From Chrysomallon squamiferum (taxonomy: Eukaryota > Animalia > Mollusca): a stretch of 64,000 nt of DNA. Position 1 is the first letter of the stretch. Every line of letters starts with the position of its first letter. Where the stretch lies: NCBI GenBank assembly GCA_012295275.1, contig CM022669.1, positions 18,104,001 through 18,168,000 on the forward strand. Reading direction: 5' to 3'. The position numbers and the translations under genes were made by a program. Shown piece after piece: positions 28,401-40,700 of this stretch. The notes beneath the pieces were generated by a model. It was not told the origin of the DNA, did not search any database, and saw nothing but the letters and a program-made list of their open reading frames with translations.

Positions 28401-30845
28401 ATAAATAGATTTTCTTACAAAGAAAAATATTAATGACAGTGGAGTAAATGTATTGACCTATCTCTCTAATTCTTACAAATAAAAAAGATAAAATAATATG
28501 AGTTGACCCATCTCTTTGTGTCTTATGAAGGATAATGGTAATATGATGTAATATAAATGTTAACATATTGTTTCAAAAAGAAATTTACTTATGACTGTAT
28601 AATAAATGTGTTGACTTATCTCCCTCTGCTTCTTACAAAGAAACTGCTAATAACTATATAACAAATGAGTTAAACTATCCCTCTATCAGATTTTTACAAA
28701 GAAAATTGCTTGTTCTATACTTGTTCTATAAAACATCTGTTGATCTTCTGATTCTTACAGTGATAACATAATATACGAATAGATCTATCTCTCTGCTTCT
28801 TACATAGAAAAAATACTAATATTAAATAATGTGTATATTAACCTTTCTTTGTTTTGTATATTAAAATTATTCAGGAATAAACTACATAATTACATGAAAC
28901 TGTCTCTTTCATTTGTTTCATAATACTTAATTAATATATTGATATACCTCTCATTCTTGTGTATAAAAGATCTCATAATTTGTGATACATATGAAACTAT
29001 CTGAGCATTCAGTATGCAAAATATATCTCTGTATTTTGTATTTAACAGGGACCAATAGAGATACCTGTTTAAAAGTAGAAATATATACATATTAGATTAT
29101 TTTACCCAACAATATAACAAACATATATATTTAAATCAATGAGACAGGAAATTTGGAGAAACTGGTGATACTACTTTTTTGACTTTGCTTGACTTTAGAG
29201 TTACAGGAAACTGTATTTTGTTTCTAACAGGCCAAGGTTGGAGCTGGAGCTGGAGCAGCAGACACAAAATTACTGAAAGACCAGATTGCTGCACTGAAGA
29301 AAGAAAACACTGACCTGAACATGCGTCTAAAACAAATGGAGAGAGAAGTGAAGCAAAGTGGGGCAACTGAATCCCAAGCTGATGTAAGTAATTTTTGAAT
29401 TCAATGGGAATATGGAATCACAGAATACATAATATCATATTTTATTCATGGAATATATTAATGTTTACCATATTGATGTAAGGTTTATATCAGTTATAAA
29501 AGGTGTTCAGTAAATAACATTTATGAGAAATATATCCAACAAGAACGGAAAAATCTTTTAAGAGTGTTATAATAATGGAAAATGGAAAAAACACAAAAAA
29601 ACTGACACACATATTTTTTTATTGTTTAACAAATAAGATAGGTAAAAAAAAAAAAAAAAAATAATAATAAATAATAATGATAACAATAATAATGAATAAA
29701 TGAATAAATGAATAATAAAGAATAATAATAATAAATCCTTTTAATTTACTTTATTGTGAAAGAAATCTGAAGAATATATATTAAACAATATCTTCAGCAA
29801 TATAATAATTAAAAAAACAAAACAAAAGACAACAGCAGTGGATAAATGTTAAGTAAATGGAGTTTATTACCTGTTTACAGAAGAATCTAATAAAACGCCA
29901 TGAGAAAATTCTGAAAGAGTTGGAGAAGAAGTATGAGATGGAGAAACACAAAACAGAGAAACTTTCATCAAATCTAAAGTCAGTTGAAGAGGAGCTGAAA
30001 GAAGCACTCAAAGTAAGAACTTATGTTACAAACAAATTAATATAATCAAATATGTCTCTTTGTTCTGGAAGGAATAAAGTTATCTGGTGATTATGGCTGT
30101 GTATTCAAAATGTGTCTATCCACTTCTGTTTGGTTTTGTAGTCAATTTCCAATGATGTTTCCATTAGTGTTCGAGGTTTAGTAGTTAAATATGAAAATAT
30201 GTTTTCAAAGGATTCCTCATCAGTTATGAACTAATGATCTAAATGCATTTTCTCTTCTTAACTGTGATTGTTTTAAGATAAAAGTTCATTGCATAATTGT
30301 TTTCTTTCCCCTTAAAGGGCACCCATTGTTGAGGTAAAAACAAAAACTCAAATACATTTTATGTACTTTTGTGTAACTGTTTTTGAATATAAATATTTGC
30401 TAATAATACAGCATGGTAACTAATAATCCTAAAAAGATTTAGGGTGAACTTCATATTCCTTTATTACTGTGAAATCACATTTAAACTGAGGTGTATTTCT
30501 AAAAATATTTTTATTATTACAGACTGTTGAACACCAAGCAACAGAAATAAAGAAACTTCAGTTAGAGTTATCTGCACTTGGCGTTGCTGCCAAAGAAGGT
30601 GTGGAGGCAGCCAGCCAGGTGAAACATCTGGAGAAAGAAGTTAAGAAACTGACTGAAGAAAACAAAGTGCTGGTTGAGAACTTCAACACTGAAAGGGTAA
30701 GACCTTATTGTCATATACATAGATGTTGCTGTATAATTACAAAAACTTAGACACCCAGATCCATGGATGCATACGAACTCATGAAGACCATGAACTCATG
30801 TATTCATTATACGCTGATAATTATAAATAATAATAATAATAAAAA

Positions 30846-30894
<49 letters not shown>

Positions 30895-33758
30895 TGGACA
30901 TATATATGATAGTAATAATACAAAATATGCTGTAAAGAATAAAAAAGGAAACAATTTTTGTATTTTTTTATTTAAATTATTTGGAATGTCAAAAAAAAAG
31001 TTCTAACCTTTTATCTGTAAATTATTTTTCCTTTTTAAAAAAAAAAAATTATAATACAAGTCTGTGGAAGAACTCTAAACATGCTTATTTCATTACATAA
31101 ATTGTTATGTTTATTCATTAATTATTTATCTTTCATATTTATTTATCTTGTCAGGTTCTGAGAAAGAAATACTACAACATGGTGGAAGACATGAAAGGAA
31201 AGATTCGAGTCTATTGCCGAGTCAGACCTCTTGTCAGCAGTGAAATAGAAAGAGTAAGATTATTAATATATCTACCAGTTTATAAAGAAGATATAAAATA
31301 TTTCATTTTTTCCATAGACTTTGTCTATTTCATGCAAAGATCTGTATTAATTAGAAGTCACTGTAAATCATTTTTGATTAAGACAGTCTTCTTCCTTCAT
31401 AATCTTGTTTAATTATTTATTTTACTTGCCTTTGACATATTATCCAACAATTCTATTGGGAGGATTGTTTTAAAATTTAAAATTAATTTTGTTAAATGCC
31501 AGAAAGATGCAAGAAAGTTACACTTGAGATATTTGTGACAGAAATTACTCTGTGGTTCTTCAGTTCTCACATTTTAAAAATACATAGATCTAGTTATTGT
31601 CACCACTGTTATAAAGATTAAATAATGAATTGTTATTTTTATGTATAATCATTTTCCTTTCAGAATTTTATGTAGAAATGTACTGCATATTAGCTAAAGA
31701 GGATATTATAAAGATGCAATCATCAATGAAATAAAAATATGAACCATTTTCATAGATACTTTCTACTGGGATGTTTAAAAATCTTTTTTATATTAAACAA
31801 TGGCATTTTTATATCTTTCCTTGCAGCGAAAGCGTCATATGCTTGGTCTTCATAGGGTATACCCCACATATAATATTTATTATAATAAAATACTTATAAC
31901 CATTAATAGCTCACTTACCTAGATAAATAATCTTCACCTCAACAAACACTGATAATAAGTCATTAATTTAGATTATAAGATTCTAATATGCAGATGTAGG
32001 AACGAAAAGAAACTTTCACATTTAGAGTTAATTTTTATAGTATTAATGATATAAAGAATTCAGCAAATATTAACAACAATAAATTACTAAATTACAAACA
32101 TTACTGATATGTAGTAACTGCACAAAAATATAAATTAAATAGTGAATGCAATAACAGTATAGGCAGTAAGCCAAATTGCACATCAGTGAACAAAGAACAT
32201 TAACTCTATAACATATCATATTCTAAATGTATTATTTACCATTGTAATGTTATAAAAGTAGAGACAAATTACAAAATATTAATTAATGTTTTCATTTACT
32301 GTATGCCAAATCTTTTAAATGCAATTATTAATTTACTATCATAAAAAAATAATATTTTATTAAGATAGAAAGAAAAGAATAGAAAATAAATCAGAAAAGA
32401 GATAATGAAACTTAGAGACAGGCTATGATGATGAAAATAATTAAAATGTGTCGGTTAAATGATATTAACATTTGTTCATGCAATCTTAATATGACTTAAA
32501 AACCTTTAGACTTTCATATTATTCCTTAAAAAACAGGTTTCTAAAATCATCTTCTTCTTTCTTTCTTTTCAACCTTTGAAATCAGCAGTCTAGACTTATT
32601 AAAATTGAACTTAAATACTTTAATCATGTGGTGTTTTTCAAATTATGCTTGTTGTGTTTGTTAGGGAAATGTTTCGGTGTTAAAGTCTCCAGATGAGTAC
32701 ACAGTACAGGTGAAGTCTAGCAGAGGTTTGAAAGAGTTTCAGTATGACCAGGTCTTCATGGAGGACTGCTCTCAGGAAAAAGTCTTCACTGACGTTGATG
32801 TGAGTAATAGAATTTTGTATATATTATGTAGCGATTGTATTTATATTTATTGTTTAGCCTGTGTACCTTAATCAGTATATGTATTATATTTTTGTCATAT
32901 ATAATTAGAACTATATTACTATAGTGATATATGAGTTTTTCTGATTATTATTAATATTTGAGCGTATGTGTTTGGATATATGAGTGCATCTGATGTTTGT
33001 TGAATGTGTGTTCAGTGAGATTTTTATGGTATTTGTTACAGAATTCATGTGTAATGTAGGGGTTCATATGAATTCTTGTTTGTATTTGTAATATAGAATG
33101 TATACTGTATATTTCTATGAATGAATGGTATATATTATATATATGTGTATTTTAGGTTTGTATATTTGATATATATATGTATCTTTTCATCATTTGCATC
33201 TTTGTGTGTGTGGTTTTTTTTTATGAATATGAAAGATAATTCTTGATAGAGTCTGTCATAACAACTGAATTAGCTTTCAGCTTCTTTTTTTTGGTAAATA
33301 TTTAAACAGAATCTCATCCAGTCTGCTGTTGATGGTTACAATGTGTGTATCTTTGCGTACGGACAGACAGGATCAGGTAAAACTTTCACAATGATAGGAG
33401 ACAGAGAGCAGAACCAGCCTGGAATTGCACCCAGGGCCTTCCAGAGAATCTTCCAAATTGCTGAAGAAAACAAGTATATTTATTTTATTTGTTATTTTTT
33501 TTTTTTTTTACAAACATTGTTTTAACAATCAGTCAAACAATCAGATTAGAATGAAATGATATAAACAAACTGAAAAAAAAAAATTGGTTTAATATGGTAC
33601 TTGAGAACAAATTGTTTTAATAAATAAATTGTTTTAAATTTTAATAATTGTTAACAGCCTTAAGTAAATAATAATAATAATGATAAATATTTTTTAATTA
33701 ATTTTGATGAATAACACTTTTGATAAATTTTACATTTTGATTTATTTATTTATTTATT

Positions 33759-33839
<81 letters not shown>

Positions 33840-36625
33840 GCAATAGTAACAATAACAAAAATATTCTTCTTCTTATTATTATTGTTATTAGGTTTGAATC
33901 TCAGCCAAATTCATAACTGCTGTTGTGTTTATATATCAAAAGTAATTTACTAATGTGCCAACTTTCTATTACCACACAACTACTATGCTAGAAAACAGAG
34001 ACATTTTCTTTTTCATACCATCCTTCTGATAAGTAATGTAAAAAGTATGTATTTTGTAAGAAAGACATTTTTTTAATGTTCAGATCCAAGCACAGAATGA
34101 GTATCTCCCTGTACATGATGGAGTTGTACAATGACAAACTTATTGATCTGTTTGGTAAACCAGGACATTATGATGAAGTAAGTATTAATAAAATAAAAAT
34201 ATGTGCAGTGGAATTTTGTTTGTTAGTGTAACATAATAATGAAAGATCAGTCAGTTATGTAAAAATATTATAATAATTTCAACAACACGAATAACAAAAA
34301 AAAAAATTAAAAAATAGATATTAAATAATAATAAAAAATAAATAGATAATAAAAAAAAAAATTAAATTTAAAAATAATAATAATAATAAAAAATAAACAT
34401 AATAAATAAATAATAAAATAAAATAAATAGGAAATTTTTGAAATTAAAAAAATATAAATAATAATAATAATAAATAAATTATTTGCAAATTATATTGAAT
34501 AAGGATCAATTTTTCAAAGATGAATTCAAATTATTTTAGTAGAACAGAAGCATATTTATTCATTTAAATTAATCAATAACAACACTTCAAACAACAATTG
34601 TAACAAAAAAAATAGTAATAAAATTTAAATAACTAGTATCAATAAAAAAATAAATGAATAAATGAATAAATAAATAAATAAACAAAAAAAAATAAAAAAA
34701 AAGAAGAAATATTTTATAAAAAAGAAGAAAATAAATAAATGAATAAATGAATAAATAAAAAGAAAAAAAAAAAATAAATAAAAAAAACAAAACAATTATG
34801 ATTATAATTAAGACATTTAAAAAGACCTACAGAATATAACATTAGAATTATTTGGTTGACAGGAAAGACTTGACATAAAGAAGGATCCGAAAGGGATGGT
34901 GTTTGTTCAGGGTGCTGTGGTAAAAAATGCCACAAACACAAAAGAACTGTTTGCTTTGTTTGAAGAAGGTTCCAGAAACAGACACACAGCAGCTACAAGT
35001 GAGAATATACCTCTGTATTTTTTGTTCTTTTATAAGATTTAGAACTGGTTTTTTCCTTCGATCATTCATATAATTATTAAAAAATATAAATAATTAATAA
35101 ATACAACAAAATAATTTTCAATAAAAAAGCAGATAATCTACCATAATTTTTACTTATTATATTAATACCCCATATCCACTGTTATTTTTATTTAATGAAA
35201 AAAAAAAAAATAAGAAGAAGAATAAGAAAAATAATAATAATAATAATGATATTTATAATGTATATATATTATTATTATCATTCATTATTTTTATTCTTAT
35301 TATTAAAAAAAAATTATTTATCTGTTAAATTATACACCTATCTCTAACATCTGGTCTATCTATGTATTTTTTTCTTTTTTTTCTTCTTTCAGTGATGAAC
35401 TCTGAAAGTTCAAGGTCTCATCTGATTCTTGGTATTGTTTTGGAAAGCACAAACAGACTTACAGGCCAAGTTTTGAAAGGAAAAGTTAGTACATAAAAGA
35501 GCAATTATGTTAGATGACAAATAACAATATCTTAGCTTAATCTAACATTTGGAGATCAAAGGTACAGAGTTTGAATAATGATAATTATGAGTGAGTGAGT
35601 AAGTGAATGACTGAATGAAAAAATGAATGAATAAATAATAGTTTAAAAACATCTAGATACATTTTAATTTTAATAGTTCAAAGATTTCAAAAATATGATT
35701 TTTCTGCAATTACGATATGAGAGAGAAGACCCAAAGCCATTGCAACATTGAGAGCAAAATATCTTTTTTATATACCTTCCCTTGAGCAGGGAAGAATATA
35801 CTCTAAAGTTTGATAAATCAGTGGAAGATTGTTGCCTGGAACATGTAAATGTTCTGAAAGAGAGAGATGTGTGCTTATTGAAATGAAAATTTGATATTTA
35901 AATTTTTTGTTTTAGTTGAGTTTGGTAGATCTGGCTGGCAGTGAAAGAGTGGCCAAAACTCAAGCAGGAGCTGAACAGCTTAAGGTTTTTTTTGTTTTTT
36001 TAGATCATGCTTGATTTATTAATCTTTAATAACTTTACTTTTATAAATCCAGTGGGAGTAGATGATTATTTGTAATTACAGTGTAAACTGTTAACTGTTG
36101 TCCTTTAAAATAATAGTAAAAGTAACAAAACTTTTACATATATAAAAATAAAATAAAATGATGTAATGTGTTTATTATCTTTGTATATAGCATTTTACTT
36201 TATTTGGTTAGTGAAAATATTCAGAAAACTTTACTTGCAAATCAAATAAAAACAGATTTTTTTTTACCATCTTTCTTTCTGTCTCTGTTACTGTAATTTT
36301 CACTCTTTGCATTAATTAGTTGTACATCACTACTGTAATTAATCAAATTAAACTGTTCATTTACCATTTTTTAAAATACGAATCCTTTTTTTTTTTCCCT
36401 TACAAAGGAAGCGATGTCGATCAACAAATCTTTGTCAGCTCTTGGCGATGTCATCTCTGCTCTGAGCAGTGAGCAGTCGTTTATCCCGTACCGTAACAAC
36501 AAGCTGACGATGTTGATGCAGGACTCACTCGGAGGAAACGCTAAAACTCTCATGTTTGTCAACGTGTCTCCCGCAGATTACAACACTGACGAGACAGTCG
36601 TGTCTCTCACGTGAGTTTGTGTTTT

Positions 36626-36656
<31 letters not shown>

Positions 36657-36874
36657 AAGGGTGAGGTATATGCATGGACATGGATGTAAATGTATATCGG
36701 TGTGTATTTGTGTGTATTTGTGTGTATGTATTATTTTTGTTTGTATTTTTATGTGTAAATATTTTCTTTATTTTCTAGATTAGTTCTAATAGCTTTTTAT
36801 TTATTAATGATAATTTATGCATTTTAATGATTTCTTTTTTATATGTTAGTATGAATGGATATGTGTATATCTGT

Positions 36875-36916
<42 letters not shown>

Positions 36917-37091
36917 AGTATGGATATATGTGTTTGTTGTGTGCTTCTATGTGTGTTAGTGTGAGGTGGGTGGGTGGCTGTGGGTGTAAATGTATATAAG
37001 TGTCTGTCTGTGTATGTGTGTGTATGTATATGTGTGTTAGTATGAATGGATATGTGCTTCTATGTGTGTGGATATGTGTATGTGAGTGTGG

Positions 37092-37125
<34 letters not shown>

Positions 37126-37797
37126 ATGTGTGTAAATAAAATAAATTTTAAAAAGTAATTTATTAAAAAAAGGATGTATAAAAATTACATTGATTTTATT
37201 ATCATGTATTACAGTTACGCATCTCGTGTAAAACTTATCACCAATGATGCAAGCAAGAATGCAGAGAACAAAGAAATAGCCAGACTGAAAGCAGTAAGTA
37301 TTTGTGTGTTTTTTTTATTTTATTGTTTATTTTTTTTTTTTTTTTTTTATTTTTTTTTTTTCATTATCATTGCACAAATTATAAATATGTTATCATTTAT
37401 CAAAATGTAAAGAAGAGAAGCTATGAATATAAAGGATGAAACGGAGGATGTCATGTATGAATATATATATATATAGATACATATAAATAAATATAGAAAG
37501 ATATAAATAAATATATATAGATACAGATATATATAAATATATATAGTTATAGATATATATAAAAATATAGATATAAATATGTATAGATATAGATTTAGAT
37601 ATATATAAATATATAGTACATAGATCAGCACATAAATAATTCTTACACAGGCTTGTTTGTTGTATAGATATATTGTACTTCATTTGTGTTTTATTATTTT
37701 GCTACATGTGGTAATTTTTGTATAATAATTTATTATTTTAATCTTACAGATAATTCAGAAATTGAAGAAAGGGGAATCAACCGAGGAAGATGATTAA
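14653..37797 (+). CDS. Kinesin-14, KCBP / sea-urchin kinesin-C-like calmodulin-binding kinesin, ~1690 aa (long coiled coil, C-terminal motor)
   Basis: Phase-consistent exons: 14653-14758, 15011-15075, 15320-15599, 16066-16119, 16567-16644, 17280-17470, 17972-18103, 18655-18747, 19130-19190, 19504-19553, 19794-20162, 20582-20734, 21151-21281, 21489-21657, 22034-22276, 22729-22779, 23271-23417, 23871-24049, 24535-24707, 25190-25293, 25591-25671, 26076-26300, 26671-26775, 27162-27299, 27508-27609, 28126-28149, 29231-29383, 29881-30012, 30523-30696, 31155-31253, 32665-32799, 33310-33473, 34084-34177, 34863-34998, 35393-35484, 35916-35984, 36408-36610, 37215-37293, 37750-37797. Motifs: neck [22 protein letters not shown]-loop GQTGSGKT, switch I NSESSRSH, switch [36 protein letters not shown]. 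The N-terminal start is less certain. Confidence 0.93.
15601..15766. repeat. Perfect tandem duplication, 2 x 83 bp, intronic
   Basis: TATATAAATATATTTTATG...AACTAATAACAT at 15601-15683 and 15684-15766. Confidence 0.9.
16796..17212. repeat. Near-perfect tandem duplication, 2 x 209 bp, intronic
   Basis: AGAAACAACTAAAAATT...TTCTTACATAAA repeated with period 209 (ATCCTG at 16822 and 17031), about 2 substitutions. Confidence 0.9.
22363..22409. repeat. (TG)n microsatellite
   Basis: Pure TG run. Similar runs at 6084-6117 and in the degenerate TG-rich tract 36630-37132. Confidence 0.95.
22427..22535 (-). mobile_element. Degenerate SINE fragment (Meta-domain-like)
   Basis: GCAAGAGATCTTTCATATGCACCTTTCCATAGACAGGAAAGCA...CCTTTGATAAACCA. 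Related copies at 35719-35841 and, inverted, at 46705-46790. Family assignment is from recalled consensus, not from a search. Confidence 0.55.
28200..28830. repeat. Degenerate ~55-65-bp minisatellite array, about 10-11 units
   Basis: Recurring core (TTGACYTA)TCTCTCTGCTTCTTACAAAGAAAA(A)TGCTAATGAC. Confidence 0.8.
33761..33839. repeat. (AAT)n microsatellite
   Basis: Pure AAT run that gives the poly-N ORF. Similar runs at 30847-30893 and 44598-44643. Confidence 0.95.
35719..35841 (-). mobile_element. Highly degenerate SINE fragment
   Basis: AGCAAAATATCTTTTTTATATACCTTCCCTTGAGCAGGG...AAAGTTTGATAAATCAG aligns by eye with 22427-22535. Confidence 0.4.
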
Positions 37798-40700
37798 AGA
37801 AAATGAATTTCATTTCTTTCATAATGCATTTACAAAATAATGTTTCATGAAAATTCTGTTGGGCCTGTGTTTTTGTTTTGGACAATTGACATGATGTTTT
37901 TAATGCTTATGTATTTTTCTGTAATTATATATGGATACCTTCTTTTCTTATTTCACTATACAAATATATAAATCTTTTAAATTTCATTTCGCAGTGTAAA
38001 TAATTATTTTGTTATTTTTAAAATTTTTAATATTTTTACCAAATTATTTTTGTTTGTATTTTTATGTGTAAATGATTTCTTTATTTTCTAGATTAGTATT
38101 TAGTAGCTTTTTATGTTGTAATGATAATTTTTGCATTTTAAATGTATTTAAATTCCGTCCATGTGGCATTTTTTTTAATTTTAATTGTTTTTGTTTGTTA
38201 AATAACAGCATTTAGTACAATTGTTTAAAACTGATTATAAGGACAATTCCTTTATCAGTATATTTTTTTACCTTATTTAATAAAATTATAATAATTGTTT
38301 AAAAAATTACATGAATACATAAATATATGTATATGTATTTTCAAAATCAAAACCTCTTGTAAGTTGATTTGTGATATATTATCTTTGATTAAAAAACGAT
38401 AGATTTCACAATACAATGTGTTTCATTGTTTTTGTGGGATACATTTTAATAGCATACTTTTGTGTGGTATATATGTTTAACTGTGAGTTTACTCTTTTTA
38501 AAATAATGTACACTTATAACTTTTTGTTTTTAAATTTTTATATTGTTTAAACCATTCCAAATTTTACTTTCTGTGATATCCTTGGATAAAATTTGCTGTG
38601 ATCTTTAATTCTCTTTATTTTAACTTAGATATTTTTATGTTTTTAAACTTTTAATAACAGTATATAATTATTTTTATTCTTTTTTTCTTTTTTTATAAAA
38701 ATAATACTGTAATATCAAGTGACATTTATTTAAAACTATATTTGAACAACTTATATATACTTACAAAGATATAATATCATGCTAATACTTAAATATATTA
38801 AGTACTATACATCACAGATTAGCCAATGAATTTTTTCTTTGATTACAAAGTTATGTGTATTTGTGCAGCTGTATTTAAAAAAATATGAAGATAACTTTGC
38901 AAGTGTACACTTATATCTGTGGCTATATTGAAATAACGACAATCATATTTGGAAAAATATTTTAATAAAGTAATCAAATAATGAATGTGCAATGCATTAT
39001 CTTAAATGTCAATATAGTTAAGTATAAATTATTTAAATAAAGCATTATTTATTGATATACCTGAGAATACAAGAAAAATATTCCATAAAATAAGTCTGTC
39101 TTTATATTAATGAAAAAGACAAAATAACAAAAATGTACATTTATATTTGTACTGTTTTATATTGTAATATGTATTATATAAAATTAATGTTTGTCAACAC
39201 AGATCCACATTTCACATTATTTGTTTTTTTTTTTTCTGAAATATTTGTTTTTAATGTTTTCTATTAACTCTGTGATATTTAATAAAGGCTGGACCTTCAT
39301 ATAACTATATTCTTGTTGACTATTCACTGCAGCAAGTGAAGAATTTATTTTTTGTTTTTGGTTTCAAGATTAAAATTTGTTTACTATATTTCATGTTTTG
39401 TTGTTGTTGTTGTTTTGAATTTTATCAGTTGAATATTTATGTATCCTAAATGAACCTTTTTACTTAATTATTTCACAACTAACATTAATTAATTGCATTT
39501 GGTTGGTACATGTACTTCACATTATTGACATCCACAATAAAATGTGTTCCTCTCATTATACATGCAAATGATATGGAAATAACAGAAGGAGGATAATTTA
39601 AATATATGGATTAGATTTTAAAATGACATAACCTATTCTAATTTTTTTTTTATAGTTAATAGCTGTAGACAGGTGGTGTTTTGAAGTACTGACGTCAATA
39701 ATAATTCAGACTATTTTTTACTCCAGTCTAGACTAGTGATGAGGTAGAATTACTTGTGTTTTGGAAAGCAATGATGATGCGACTCATTGCTTAGGCAGGT
39801 ATTCTACAACACAGTGTTTGCTTGCTCAGTTAAAAACATGACAACACTCATAACACTGCTTAGAAAAAAAGGTATTTATTTCTTTTAATATCTGCATTGT
39901 CACATAAAACTTTCACTTTTTCTGTAATATCAATAACTGAAGCATTCAACTATTTTGTTATGGCCATGAAAATAATTGTATGTAGTATACTGAATTAATA
40001 TCTGAATACTTATCATTTTTAAAAATTTACATGATTAGGTATTAAATCCATTACGACATCACAAAGACTGACAACAAAATACTTGTCTGGTGAATACTAT
40101 TACATGAAATCTAAAATACAATGGTTTGTAATTTACTTTTTTATCCTTTTCTGTTTTTTTTTTATTTCAATGAACTATACCTGAACTTACATGTTATCTT
40201 TACTTAGCTTTATAAAATTTTTCTTTTTTTTCTTTTTTGTCATTAAAGAATACTTAACTAAATTCAATTTTTGTTTAAAACTTGTTTCAAAAAGTATTAT
40301 CCAAAATAATATATTTTTTTTAATTCCCCAAAGCTAAAGGCAAAAAAAAAAGAAGAAAAAATTGCCGTAAAATTGTGAAAATAAACTGATAATGTAAACC
40401 ATAATAATATTTCCCCCAGGGAAATTAGCTGCACAGGAATACATATTACAAGTTAGAATTCCATGACTTTCCACATACAAAGTCAAGAACATAAAATCTT
40501 TGGATCGTGTGATGAAAATATTAAAATCTGGATAACAAAAGTGCAAAACTTCGTTTGAAACACAACCTAATAGAAAAAAAAGATTGTCACAGCACTGTAG
40601 TAATGATGGAATAACTTTTTAAAGAAAATGAACACAGATTTACTTAAAAGATTTAAGTATACACTGAGGTTTCTAGTATCACTAATAGGATTATACATAA

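Noticed and set aside
28200-28830. CRISPR-like appearance of the periodic repeat
   Set aside because: Eukaryotic intron, degenerate repeats, mutually related 'spacers', no cas genes.
33704-33916. Poly-Asn ORF and other I/Y/F/L- or CV-rich ORFs in the track
   Set aside because: Translations of microsatellites and low-complexity intronic DNA.
39736-39830. C/D-box snoRNA candidate (GTGATGA and ATGATGA boxes)
   Set aside because: No suitably placed CTGA D box or terminal stem.
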